From: Spirochaetota bacterium
GTDB taxonomy: Bacteria; Spirochaetota; UBA4802; JAFGDQ01
DNA length: 64,000 bases
NCBI GenBank assembly: GCA_043803405.1
Contig: JAZDKB010000006.1
Span: forward strand, 32,001-96,000
Direction: 5' to 3'
Under the pieces are notes generated by a model. That model was given only the letters and a program-made list of their open reading frames with translations. It was not told the origin of the DNA and did not search any database. This document shows positions 18,665-28,527 of this stretch, one piece after another (position 1 is the stretch's first letter; each line of letters begins with the position of its first letter). The position numbers and the translations under genes are program-made.

Positions 18665-18676
18665 CAAGAATGTAGC

Positions 18677-18755
18677 TTAGAGTGCGTCCTAAAACCTTCA
18701 GACCTATATTGTCTTACATTACGATATCGCAACAGGTTTTAGGATACACTTTTAA
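18677..18755. repeat. ~78-bp inverted-repeat element (MITE-like family, copy 1), probably also a bidirectional terminator
   Basis: agagtgcgtcctaaaacct…aggttttaggatacact between convergent genes. Related to 32324-32403. Confidence 0.7.
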
Positions 18756-18776
18756 TCAGAATTTAAAAGAATTACT

Positions 18777-19577
18777 TTACCAGCCCATATCCGCGGGCTG
18801 CCAGTTTTCATAAGGCCTGTGTATTTTGGAATATAATTGTTCAAGTTTTCCCGAAGCTCTTAATTTTCTCAAAGCATCGGAAAGAATGTTATTGATTCTG
18901 TCGCCGCCGGGTCCTTTTGAAATTATAATTGCGTCTTCAAAATCCTGCCATAATTCTCTGCGAATGTTCTTTAATTTAAGATTTTTTATAGTAAAATCAA
19001 CTTCTTCCTGAGCCCATACCAGGGCATCAATTCTTTTGTTAGCCACTTTTCTTAATCCCTGTGTAACATCGTTAGTTGAAATAACAGGAAACGGGTATTG
19101 ACTTTCAATGCCGCTGGCGCCTTCAATTTTATAAGGGAACTGGCCGCTCTTTGCATTAAGGATCGCATCATCAAGCATCTTTTTATTTATTGGATTGTCC
19201 GTATTCGAATAAATAACAAATCGGACTTTCCCCATCTTTTCAGTAACTGTACCATAAGGGAGTTTCGATTGGTCAATTTTTAAATTTCTAAATGTCGGTA
19301 TGTGAAAATCAGCTTTACCTGCAATAACATTATTCACGGACCGCGCAAACGGATACAATTCTATTTTAATTGTGCCCTCTGTATATACTTCATCAATAGC
19401 TTTTACAATATCCACAAATGCACCTTTATCGGGCGTGTCCGCAAGCCCCGGCAATTGAGCCAGACTGGCGACTAAATCCGTTGAGTTCCCGAGTCTGAGT
19501 AAAAAAGGAAGTGATAACAACATAAAAAGACAGGCTGCGGATTTAAAAAATCTTTTAATTTGCATGCAAACCTCCAT
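18777..19577 (-). CDS. Periplasmic substrate-binding protein (family 3-like)
   Basis: Signal peptide plus PFARS…GKADF, KRIDALV and C-terminal LRASGKLEQLY patterns. Confidence 0.75.
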   Translation of the reverse strand: MEVCMQIKRFFKSAACLFMLLSLPFLLRLGNSTDLVASLAQLPGLADTPDKGAFVDIVKAIDEVYTEGTIKIELYPFARSVNNVIAGKADFHIPTFRNLKIDQSKLPYGTVTEKMGKVRFVIYSNTDNPINKKMLDDAILNAKSGQFPYKIEGASGIESQYPFPVISTNDVTQGLRKVANKRIDALVWAQEEVDFTIKNLKLKNIRRELWQDFEDAIIISKGPGGDRINNILSDALRKLRASGKLEQLYSKIHRPYENWQPADMGW

Positions 19578-19787
19578 GTAATTATTTTATATAATTTTAT
19601 TTATTACTGAATAAAAATAAAATATATATTATGTAACTTATTATTAATATTTTATGCCCCTTATTTTAATTCTGTTTTGCCGGAAAAGTCAAATTAATAT
19701 TTTTTGTTTGATTTTTCTGTTCTTATAACATATAATTAAACCGATTATTTTAGTACCCTGCTAGAAATATAATTGGAGTGAAAAAAA

Positions 19788-21401
19788 ATGAACTTAAAAA
19801 TGGATTTATTAAAAAAGGATTTTTTTAAAAATTTACTGATTTATCAAAGAATTATTTTAATACAATTCATTTCAATATTGCTTATAATGACTTTTTTCGG
19901 CATTTATTTATATACTTCCAACCGGTCGAAAGAAATTAAGCAGCTTGTCCTGCAGACAGATCAGCTAAAAGAAAGACTTTCGTCCAACCTGTCGATTCCA
20001 TTGTGGAATTTCGACAATGACAGCTGCGACAGAATGTTTATGCAGGAAATAAAAGATAAATATATTTCGGCCATTGTGCTTAATCAAAATGAAAAATTGT
20101 TTCTTGGCAAAATTAAGTCGGAAAAAGGCGATATCGTTAGCATCGATGATATTAAAAAATATGAGGGATCATTGACTAAAAGTTATGAAATAAAAAAAAC
20201 AAAGGTGATATATAAGGAAAATAATGTTGATAAGGAAATCGGAGATCTTGTACTTTATGTTACGGATGACTACGTTCGCGACAAATTGACAGGGTTATTA
20301 ATCCAGACAATTCTACAGGCAATTATTCTGGTGATAGCATTAAGCATAATCACTTTCTTTATATTAAATCTATTTTTAAATAAACCGCTGAAGGAGATAA
20401 CCAATACCGCCGGCAGAATAGCTAACGGGGAAAACGAACTTAAGGCCTCGGTGGAAGGGCCTACCGAGATCGCAACGATGGCTCTGGCATTCAACACCAT
20501 GACAACACAGCTGAGCAGCAAAGCCGAGAGCTTTAAAAAGTCGAACGAACTGCTGACCGAGATCATTTCCAAGGCAAAGGATATAATACTTAATCTGAAC
20601 TCATCCTCTACAGAAATAGAGGCTGCAGCACAGGAGCAGTCCGCAGGCGCAGGCGAGCAGGCAAGCGGTGTTACCGAGGTCAGCGCCACCCTCGAAGAAC
20701 TGACGATCACAGCCAAGCAGATAACAAAGAACGTGGGTGAGCTGGTAATTTCAAGTGAAGAAGTTGCAAGGCTGCTGACCGAGAGTGAAAAGCAGCTGCT
20801 TGATATGGTAGCGCATCTGGATGATGTCGCGGCCATAAGCGCGAAGAATACATCTTCCATAGGAGAACTTGGAAAGAGGTCCGTTATTATTAATGAGATG
20901 GTTGAAATGATTAAGACAATTGCTAACAAGACGGACATGCTCTCGATTAACGCGTCCATTGAAGCTGCCAAAAGCAAGGAGTCCGGAGCAGGTTTCTCGG
21001 TAATTGCGACAGAAATTCGGGAACTTTCGAAAGAGACAATAGATTCTGCCAAAAAAGTGGAAAATGCAGCAAAGGATATCCAGGAGCTTTTGCATACAAT
21101 TATCATTTCTTCCGAAAGCGAATCGAGCAAGGTTATTGAGAGCGGTAAAGTTACAAAATCGGTTTACGGAAACGTGGAAAAAATTGTTTCCCAGATAAAT
21201 GATAATTACAGTTTCACACAGAAAATCGACGTATCGATAAAGCAGCAGGAGATTGGCTCCAGGCAGGCGGCTGATACAATGAAACAGATGGCTGAGATCG
21301 CGAGACAATCGGCGGAAACGGCAAGGCAGACTTCGGTTGCTGTTATGGATATTGTAAATTTAGGAACCGAACTCGACAAGGTCGTTAAAAAATTTGATTA
21401 G
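19788..21401 (+). CDS. Methyl-accepting chemotaxis protein (2 TM, HAMP) with a divergent signalling tip
   Basis: Two TM segments, a HAMP domain (EIATMALAFNTM) and the tip TDMLSINASIEAAK…GAGFSVIATEIRELS. Confidence 0.88.
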   Translation: MNLKMDLLKKDFFKNLLIYQRIILIQFISILLIMTFFGIYLYTSNRSKEIKQLVLQTDQLKERLSSNLSIPLWNFDNDSCDRMFMQEIKDKYISAIVLNQNEKLFLGKIKSEKGDIVSIDDIKKYEGSLTKSYEIKKTKVIYKENNVDKEIGDLVLYVTDDYVRDKLTGLLIQTILQAIILVIALSIITFFILNLFLNKPLKEITNTAGRIANGENELKASVEGPTEIATMALAFNTMTTQLSSKAESFKKSNELLTEIISKAKDIILNLNSSSTEIEAAAQEQSAGAGEQASGVTEVSATLEELTITAKQITKNVGELVISSEEVARLLTESEKQLLDMVAHLDDVAAISAKNTSSIGELGKRSVIINEMVEMIKTIANKTDMLSINASIEAAKSKESGAGFSVIATEIRELSKETIDSAKKVENAAKDIQELLHTIIISSESESSKVIESGKVTKSVYGNVEKIVSQINDNYSFTQKIDVSIKQQEIGSRQAADTMKQMAEIARQSAETARQTSVAVMDIVNLGTELDKVVKKFD

Positions 21402-21601
21402 TTCCTGGTGAAATCCGGATTTCCAGATTGGGGGAATCCGGTAATTTTAGCACCGCTACATGAATTATTCAACTCAGAAGCAGGGACGGTATTTTATATC
21501 TTTCAGGTTACGGGTTTAACAATACGCCGAACCGGACTACTAGACTACAAATTTAAATACTATATACAGAATAAATGCTCTTTTAACCAGGAATTTACTA
21601 A

Positions 21602-22693
21602 TTGAATAAAATAAAAGTTTTAATAATAGATGACTCGCGTTTAATACACGTTCTTCTCGAAAAAGTAATATCATCACATGAAGATATAATAGTTATCGGA
21701 AATGCTTATGACGGGAAAGAAGGTGTAGACCTCGCAAATAGTTTATCTCCCGATATAATTATTATGGATATCGGAATGCCGAGAATGGACGGGCTTGAAG
21801 CGATTGAAGAAATTATGGATAACAAGCCAACCCCGATTATTGTCTTCTCCGGCCTGAGCAAAAAGAAAATAGACCTTGGCTTTAAGGCAATGGAATTAGG
21901 CGCAGTGGATATGATTGAAAAGCCTGAAGCCGAAAACCTGTCCTCCTCAACACTTGAACAATATCTCGAAGAAAAGCTGATAAAATCGATTAAAACCTTT
22001 GCCGACATTAAATTAATAAGAAGAAGAAAAAAGAAAATAATTACTTCATTAAAGGCCGAAAAAAAGCCTTTAGCCCTGAAGGAAAATAAAAGAAATGCAG
22101 CAATCAGTAATTTTCCTGTTATTGGAATTGCTGCCAGCACAGGAGGGCCTCAGACTTTAAAACATTTAATTGAAGATCTTTCAGCCAGGAAGGTAAATGC
22201 TGCAATAGTGATAGTGCAGCATATAGCAGAGGGATTCATGAACGGTTTCCGTGACTGGCTTGCGTTATACTCGTCTTTACCTGTCATATTGCCGAAGAAA
22301 GGCGATAGCGTTGAGCCGTATAATATTTATGTCGCACCGGGTGAGCATCATTTGATTTTTGACGGAAACAGACGCTTTTCGTTCCTTGATTCACCGCCTG
22401 TTCAGGGTATACGTCCTTGTGCGGACATTATGTTTTCTTCACTGGCTGAAACATTCAAAGAAAGAGCAATCGCTGTTGTGCTTACAGGTATGGGCAGCGA
22501 CGGTACACAGGGATTGTATAAAATAAAGGAAAACAACGGATATATTATCTCTCAGGACGAAGAAAGCAGTCTTATCTTCGGCATGCCGAAAAGTGCGATA
22601 GAAACCGGTTTGGTTGATAAAATATTGAATATTTCCGAAATTTCGCAGTATTTAGAAAAAATTTGCAACGATAAACTAGCTGAGCTTGTATAA
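21602..22693 (+). CDS. cheB: Chemotaxis methylesterase CheB (REC + methylesterase)
   Basis: REC motifs IIDD and MDIGMP; esterase motifs AASTGG, VQH and LTGMGSDG. TTG start. Confidence 0.93.
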   Translation: MNKIKVLIIDDSRLIHVLLEKVISSHEDIIVIGNAYDGKEGVDLANSLSPDIIIMDIGMPRMDGLEAIEEIMDNKPTPIIVFSGLSKKKIDLGFKAMELGAVDMIEKPEAENLSSSTLEQYLEEKLIKSIKTFADIKLIRRRKKKIITSLKAEKKPLALKENKRNAAISNFPVIGIAASTGGPQTLKHLIEDLSARKVNAAIVIVQHIAEGFMNGFRDWLALYSSLPVILPKKGDSVEPYNIYVAPGEHHLIFDGNRRFSFLDSPPVQGIRPCADIMFSSLAETFKERAIAVVLTGMGSDGTQGLYKIKENNGYIISQDEESSLIFGMPKSAIETGLVDKILNISEISQYLEKICNDKLAELV

Positions 22694-22797
22694 TGAATAA
22701 TATTTGATTATATTTAGGATATAATAAAATTCACCGGGGCAAGTCCCCGGATAATTACGGATATGTTTATCAATTTGAGAAAAAAGTTTACTCTAAA

Positions 22798-24246
22798 ATG
22801 AACGAAAACGACGCTATTTCAATTATCGAAGATATCATCAAAGAACAGGCCGGCATAATAATTGAAAAAGGCCGCAAAATTGATCTGGAAATAGTTCTCC
22901 GCAGCAGATTAATTTTCCATAAAATGCTTCCGGAAAAATATGTTGAATTTCTTAAACATAATCATGATGAGATTATTTTCGTTGCCTCGTGTTTTACTAT
23001 ACAGGAAACAAGTTTTTACCGTTATAAATCGCATTTCGACAGGTTGAAACTCGACATCATACCGGAGCTCCTTCTCAGCAAACAAAGTAAAATAAAAAAA
23101 ATAACGATTTTATCAGCAGGCTGTTCTACAGGCGAAGAGCCTTACACTATTGCCATGATACTGAATGACCTGATCCCAAATATCAAAGAATGGAATGTGA
23201 AAATCATTGCTACTGATATCAATGAAAAGGCGCTGCAGATGGCAAAAGAAGCTGTGTATTCCGAATATAAGCTCAGAAATATCGAGCACTGGTATATAGA
23301 CAGATATTTTAATGAAGTCAAAGAAAGGAAAAGCAAGATTTACGAACTGAAAGACTCGGTAAAAAATCTTGTCACTTTCAGGCACTGCAATTTGATCAGG
23401 GAGCCTTTCGAACTTTCGGATTTATATGATATTGACGTAATTTTCTGCGAAAACGTAATGATTTATTTCTGCATGGAATCAATTCAGCGGCTGATAAATA
23501 ATTTTTATAATATACTTCGAATGGACGGCTACCTGTTTTTGGGATATTCCGAAACGCTGAATTTTATTAAACATAAATTCAGCCTGTCCTGGTGGAAAGA
23601 TTCATTTACCTATAAAAAATCGGAAACACCGGATGACCCGGGCAATAATCCTTATAACCTTATCCTTGAAAAAAAAACTAAAGAATATATCGATGAGGGT
23701 TTGACGGATATCAGCAAAAAAACCTACGAGGACATTATTAATTTAATATTAAGAAACTACAATGAAGAACTGTATGATAACGTTTCCATCCTATTTAAAA
23801 AAATAGAACAAAGCAAGATAAAAATAGATGAAATGTTTCTGCTTATCAAAGCTGAATTCCAGTATGACAGAAAAGATTATCTGAACGCGGCGAACGAATG
23901 CAGAAAAGCAATAAATGTAAATTCTTCTTCGCTGGATGCTCATATTATGCTGGGTGTTATTTATCTGGAACTGAATATGCTCGAAAGCGCGGCATTTGAA
24001 TTAAAAACTTCTCTGTATATTGATAAAACATCAGTACTGGGAAATTATTATTATGCTCTGTATCAGAAAAAAATAAATAACGAATCCGAATATAAAACTT
24101 ACTTAAATACGGCAAGGCAGTTGTTTAATAAAAACGGCGGAAAGTTAAGAAACAGGCTATTCCCCATTAATGAAAAAAGCCAGAAAAAGATATTTGATGA
24201 TTTACTTAACCTGAAAATAGACAACAACTTAACCGTAGCAGTATAA
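22798..24246 (+). CDS. cheR: CheR methyltransferase with C-terminal TPR repeats
   Basis: ETSFYR, SAGCSTGEEPY, ATDI and LFLGYSE, followed by a TPR-like helical C-terminus. Confidence 0.9.
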   Translation: MNENDAISIIEDIIKEQAGIIIEKGRKIDLEIVLRSRLIFHKMLPEKYVEFLKHNHDEIIFVASCFTIQETSFYRYKSHFDRLKLDIIPELLLSKQSKIKKITILSAGCSTGEEPYTIAMILNDLIPNIKEWNVKIIATDINEKALQMAKEAVYSEYKLRNIEHWYIDRYFNEVKERKSKIYELKDSVKNLVTFRHCNLIREPFELSDLYDIDVIFCENVMIYFCMESIQRLINNFYNILRMDGYLFLGYSETLNFIKHKFSLSWWKDSFTYKKSETPDDPGNNPYNLILEKKTKEYIDEGLTDISKKTYEDIINLILRNYNEELYDNVSILFKKIEQSKIKIDEMFLLIKAEFQYDRKDYLNAANECRKAINVNSSSLDAHIMLGVIYLELNMLESAAFELKTSLYIDKTSVLGNYYYALYQKKINNESEYKTYLNTARQLFNKNGGKLRNRLFPINEKSQKKIFDDLLNLKIDNNLTVAV

Positions 24247-24250
24247 TCAG

Positions 24251-24279
24251 GAGATTTCTCACATTCGTTCGAAATGACA
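24251..24279 (+). repeat. Short REP-like half element (copy 1)
   Basis: gagatttctcacattcgttcgaaatgaca, closely similar to 34612-34639. Confidence 0.55.
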
Positions 24280-24333
24280 CAGTACTAATCATTTCGTAAC
24301 TGCTAAAGGTGCTGGGTAATCGTTTTTATCTGC

Positions 24334-25407
24334 TTATCTAAGTACAAAGCTGCCTTCGCCCAGAAACTGTCCGCCGGAAGTCCAGATTTCTACCGTGTAA
24401 ATTCCAGGCCCCTCCATAATAGTGTGTTTGGACCATGTCCCGAATCCGTAATTACGTCCCCCGCTTATTTCGCTCAGATGAATCGATAATAATTTTTTGC
24501 CGTTAAAGTACCATACATGATCGATCTTTTCTTTTAATCCTTTGGGAGCAAATATTGATGAGAAGAAATAAGCTTCATTTACGTTCTCAATACTATTGAT
24601 AGTAAAAGGCAAAACAGGCCTGTATTCTTCTATGCCCTCGCAGGCAATTGCACTGATAAGCTTAAGCGGGGCGGGCGGTATAAAGCTCCTTCCGAACCAG
24701 ACCAGCGCTAGGGACAGCACAAGCCCGGATGTGAATTTGGCCGCAGCTTTAAGATCTTTTTTTATCCGGATATGGTGATATAGAAACATTAATGCTGTTA
24801 CTGCTGCAATGCTTCCCGATATCACAAGGCTCCAGATGTTCCTCATGCCGAAAATAACCGGAAAAATAAAATTAAGCACGCAGAAAAAAATGAGCGCGTA
24901 ATAAACGGAGGAAGCAAATATCGAATTTAAAATTAATTTTTCGAAAAGGTAATACCAGTTCGAAATAACTGCAAGTCCGGCAATAATAAGACCGAAAACA
25001 ATATTCCTTGACGGGAATGTCATCGATTCAAAATAAAACGGCAGGATAAAAAGAAGCATGTAATTTACTGAAAACATTACGGTAATATCAGCCAGTTTTG
25101 CCGGTATAGCTGAACTATTTTTCATCAGATAAATTTTAAACGCCAGATAAACGAAAGTAAAAATAATAAAAACAGTTATTATAGGAATATACTCAAATCC
25201 TCTTTTTAAAAGAAAGATGACTGCGAATCCGGAACCGAAAGCAATGACAGGCTGGAGTTTCAATACTCTGGAAATACCCGGAGGCATTTCATTAAATATA
25301 TTTTTTATATATAGCAGCAGCCCCGGAAAACCTGCCGGGAAATTTTTTCGTGGAGGTATGCCCTCGCTGTAATACCGGATAATTTTTTTTATCAAGATCA
25401 TCCCCAA
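24334..25407 (-). CDS. Multi-pass membrane protein with a C-terminal DUF2914-like domain
   Basis: About 8 hydrophobic segments, then IPPAPL…IFAP…HVW…GGR.GF.TWS. Confidence 0.7.
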   Translation of the reverse strand: MGMILIKKIIRYYSEGIPPRKNFPAGFPGLLLYIKNIFNEMPPGISRVLKLQPVIAFGSGFAVIFLLKRGFEYIPIITVFIIFTFVYLAFKIYLMKNSSAIPAKLADITVMFSVNYMLLFILPFYFESMTFPSRNIVFGLIIAGLAVISNWYYLFEKLILNSIFASSVYYALIFFCVLNFIFPVIFGMRNIWSLVISGSIAAVTALMFLYHHIRIKKDLKAAAKFTSGLVLSLALVWFGRSFIPPAPLKLISAIACEGIEEYRPVLPFTINSIENVNEAYFFSSIFAPKGLKEKIDHVWYFNGKKLLSIHLSEISGGRNYGFGTWSKHTIMEGPGIYTVEIWTSGGQFLGEGSFVLR

Positions 25408-25426
25408 ATGCAGTGCTGTTGCGATT

Positions 25427-26440
25427 TTATCCTTTATCCCCTGAACTGATATTGTAATAATCAGCCTTGTCTGTTGCAGAAATATTGATGCTGATCGGTA
25501 TGTCCGGTTCGTTTGCGCCGTACATTACTGTTGCGGTCTCCTGTTTTAAGTCCGAATATCTCAGTGTCAGTGCTGCCGCAAGTTCAACTGCTGCCGCATT
25601 TTTCGGCCCCTGCAAAACGGTAGTAGGGCCCGGGATTTCTTCCGGAAGCTCGAATATATAATCTTCTGCTTTTTTCATTCTGCGCAGGTACCCGTTCTCT
25701 TTTTCGTTCCTTCCGACAATTATTTTATTTTCTCCGTACCGGAAATGTCGTCCTTTGGACAGGATTAATATTTCATCCAGGGTAACATCTTCATTATGCT
25801 CAAGGATATCTTTTAATTTTTTTGAAAAAATTTTGTCCGTTAAAATACATCCTCCGGCCGCGGGAATAAAGGTTTCGATTCGCATATTTTTTGCAATGTA
25901 TAATTGTTCTTTTCTGCTTCTGCCATTTATAGAAAGCATTTTTTTCCTGTCAACTAAGCCTTCTTTCTCTGCATCGGTTTCCGAAAGGAATGTAGCCGAG
26001 AGCGGCCTTAAAAGCTTCCCCCTGAGCCCGGAATCTTTTTCTATTATGTTAAGGGCTATTCTGTGCTGTGACATAGGCCTTTGATTTAACACTTCGCCTG
26101 TAGCCACCAGGGAGGCGCATTCGCTTTCCATGATTTCTTTTGCTCGTCTAAGCATGAATATTTTGCAGTCTATACATGGGTTCATTCCGGTTCCATGCCC
26201 GTATTTCGGGTGCTTGACGATCTCGAGATAGTCTTCTCCCATCTGCTCAAAGCGGCATTCGATCCCAAGTTTTTCTGCTATTTCCTTAATAAGGCTGTTT
26301 CCTTTTTTATCAGGGCCGCAAAACGGCAGGGTAAAGTAAACGCCTATGACATCAATACCCTGATCCATGAGTACTTTTATTGCGAGTATAGAATCCAGCC
26401 CGCCGGATAAAAGAGCAATGGCTTTTGTTTTATTGTTCAT
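25427..26440 (-). CDS. PP-loop ATPase, ThiI/MnmA-like tRNA thiolation family
   Basis: SGGLDS, NPCIDCK, TGEVLNQRPMSQ, PAAGGC and GRHFR…VGRN. Confidence 0.8.
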   Translation of the reverse strand: MNNKTKAIALLSGGLDSILAIKVLMDQGIDVIGVYFTLPFCGPDKKGNSLIKEIAEKLGIECRFEQMGEDYLEIVKHPKYGHGTGMNPCIDCKIFMLRRAKEIMESECASLVATGEVLNQRPMSQHRIALNIIEKDSGLRGKLLRPLSATFLSETDAEKEGLVDRKKMLSINGRSRKEQLYIAKNMRIETFIPAAGGCILTDKIFSKKLKDILEHNEDVTLDEILILSKGRHFRYGENKIIVGRNEKENGYLRRMKKAEDYIFELPEEIPGPTTVLQGPKNAAAVELAAALTLRYSDLKQETATVMYGANEPDIPISINISATDKADYYNISSGDKG

Positions 26441-26778
26441 TTAGTTACTGCCGCTTTTTCACATTTGAAATTGTGGATGCAATGTATTTCAGTTTCCTGT
26501 ACTATCAACTCCTGAAATCGAATGTGACAGGGTACTAAGTTGCATTATGAAATAATGCATTAAAAATTATTCGTTAATACTAAATAAATGGTTGCTTTTT
26601 TGCAACCCAAAACCGATTATCCTGTCTAATCTAATAAAATAAAAGCTAAATCCGCAATAATAAATCTTACCCTGTAATTTATACTAATCAACATGAATAT
26701 CAGGTTCCGGGATGATGTTTTTGCATTCACCATCTGGGCTCTTATTTTGTCTTAAAAAATATTACTAAGGAAAACTAA

Positions 26779-28527
26779 ATGACTTTAACCCCAACTAATT
26801 CAGCAGGATCAAAATCGAGGATCCTGCTTACAAGCGTATTCGGGCCATTCGCGCAGGATGATGAATACGGCAGCAGAAAAATAAATCCTATGGAGCTTTT
26901 TCATAACCAGGTGACCCGCGTTCAGGGACCTTTTTCTCTTCGCATGTTTCATCCGTCATTCGGATTGATGCTTATAAAGGAAAATATTAACGCGCCCTGT
27001 ACTTTGCTGGATTTTCCCGATATGAACCGCTTCATTGAAGAAATAAAAAATAATGTGTATGATATCATTGGCATAAGTTCCATTATTCCAAATGTAGATA
27101 AAGTAAAGAAGATGTGCGAACTGATACGCGAACATCAGCCGAATGCAGCGATCGTTGTAGGCGGGCATGTAGCCAATTTGCATGACCTGGAGAGCAGAAT
27201 CGATGCGGATCACATTGTAAAGGGCGAAGGCATTCGCTGGTTCCGGAATTTTCTGGGACAGGATGAGGACGCTCCGATTAAGCATCCTGTTTCCGTATCC
27301 GCATTCGGGGCGCGGATACTGGGCATGAGTTTAAGTGAAAAGCCGGGTGAAGTTGCGGCCATTGTTATTCCGTCTGTGGGCTGCCCGATGGGCTGTAATT
27401 TCTGTTCTACGTCCCATTTGTTCGGAGGCAAGGGGAAATCCATCGAGTTCTTTAAAACAGGACGCGAGCTTTTTTCCATAATGAGTAATCTCGAAACTAA
27501 ACTAAAAGTCCGTTCATTTTTTGTTATGGATGAAAACTTTTTGCTCAATAAAAAAAGAACTCTGGAACTGCTTGACCTGATGAAGAAGCATAACAAGAGC
27601 TGGTCGTTCAGCATTTTCAGTTCCGCAAGGGTAGTCAAATCATATACAGATGAAGAGCTGGTAAGGCTCGGTATATCCTGGATATGGATGGGGCTTGAGG
27701 GCGAAGAAAGCCAGTACTCAAAACTTGACGGGATTGACACGAAATCCATGATTAAACATCTTCAGTCGCTGGGGATCCGCGTTCTGGGTTCTTCAATTAT
27801 CGGTCTGGAAAATCATACGCCGGAAAATATAAATGAAGCAATTGAATGGGCGGTAAGTCACGATACGGTTTTTCATCAGTTTATGCTGTATACGCCGCTT
27901 CCTGGCACGCCGCTTTTTGAAAAGCACAAGAAGGAGAAATCGCTCCTTTCAGAGAAGGAATGTCATGTGGCGGATACGCATGGCCAGTACAAATTCAATC
28001 ATAAGCATCCTTTTATTAAAAATCAGGCTGAGACCGAATTCCTGCTAAGGGCTTTCGACAGCGATTTTAAAGTCAACGGGCCAAGTCTTCTAAGGCTAAT
28101 ACGCACAATGCTGGCAGGCTGGAAAAACCTGAAAGAGCATTCCGATCCGTGCGTACGGGACCGCGTCAGATGGGAGTATGCTCCGCTCAGGTCAACACAC
28201 GCAGCGGCGTTATTCGCGATGAAAATATGGTACAGGAATGATAAGCCGGTTTATAAAAAAGTCACTGCTGTTTTAAAAGATGTTTATAACGAATTCGGAT
28301 GGAAGACGGAATTAATTTCGAAGTTACTTGGTCCGGTTTTCTTTATCTTAATGAAAATGGAAAACCGCAGGCTTTTAAAAGGCTGGACCTACGAGCCGTC
28401 TTCAAGATACGAAAAAAATGCCGCTGCAAAGATCGTGGATCTGAAAGCAAAGGCTGTTAGCTTAAAAGAGGATAGTGCGCAAACACAGATCAGGAGACTG
28501 TCGCCTGTGCCGGAAAATATAGACTAA
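26779..28527 (+). CDS. Cobalamin-binding radical SAM protein
   Basis: B12-binding region (IIGISS…VVGGH…GEG), CPMGCNFC, MDENF and TPLPGTPL. Confidence 0.88.
   Translation: MTLTPTNSAGSKSRILLTSVFGPFAQDDEYGSRKINPMELFHNQVTRVQGPFSLRMFHPSFGLMLIKENINAPCTLLDFPDMNRFIEEIKNNVYDIIGISSIIPNVDKVKKMCELIREHQPNAAIVVGGHVANLHDLESRIDADHIVKGEGIRWFRNFLGQDEDAPIKHPVSVSAFGARILGMSLSEKPGEVAAIVIPSVGCPMGCNFCSTSHLFGGKGKSIEFFKTGRELFSIMSNLETKLKVRSFFVMDENFLLNKKRTLELLDLMKKHNKSWSFSIFSSARVVKSYTDEELVRLGISWIWMGLEGEESQYSKLDGIDTKSMIKHLQSLGIRVLGSSIIGLENHTPENINEAIEWAVSHDTVFHQFMLYTPLPGTPLFEKHKKEKSLLSEKECHVADTHGQYKFNHKHPFIKNQAETEFLLRAFDSDFKVNGPSLLRLIRTMLAGWKNLKEHSDPCVRDRVRWEYAPLRSTHAAALFAMKIWYRNDKPVYKKVTAVLKDVYNEFGWKTELISKLLGPVFFILMKMENRRLLKGWTYEPSSRYEKNAAAKIVDLKAKAVSLKEDSAQTQIRRLSPVPENID

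Noticed and set aside
20270..21130. 286-aa Ser-rich antisense ORF (similarly 16676-17356, 27210-27749 and 54784-55353)
   Set aside because: These are reverse-frame shadows of well-supported genes.
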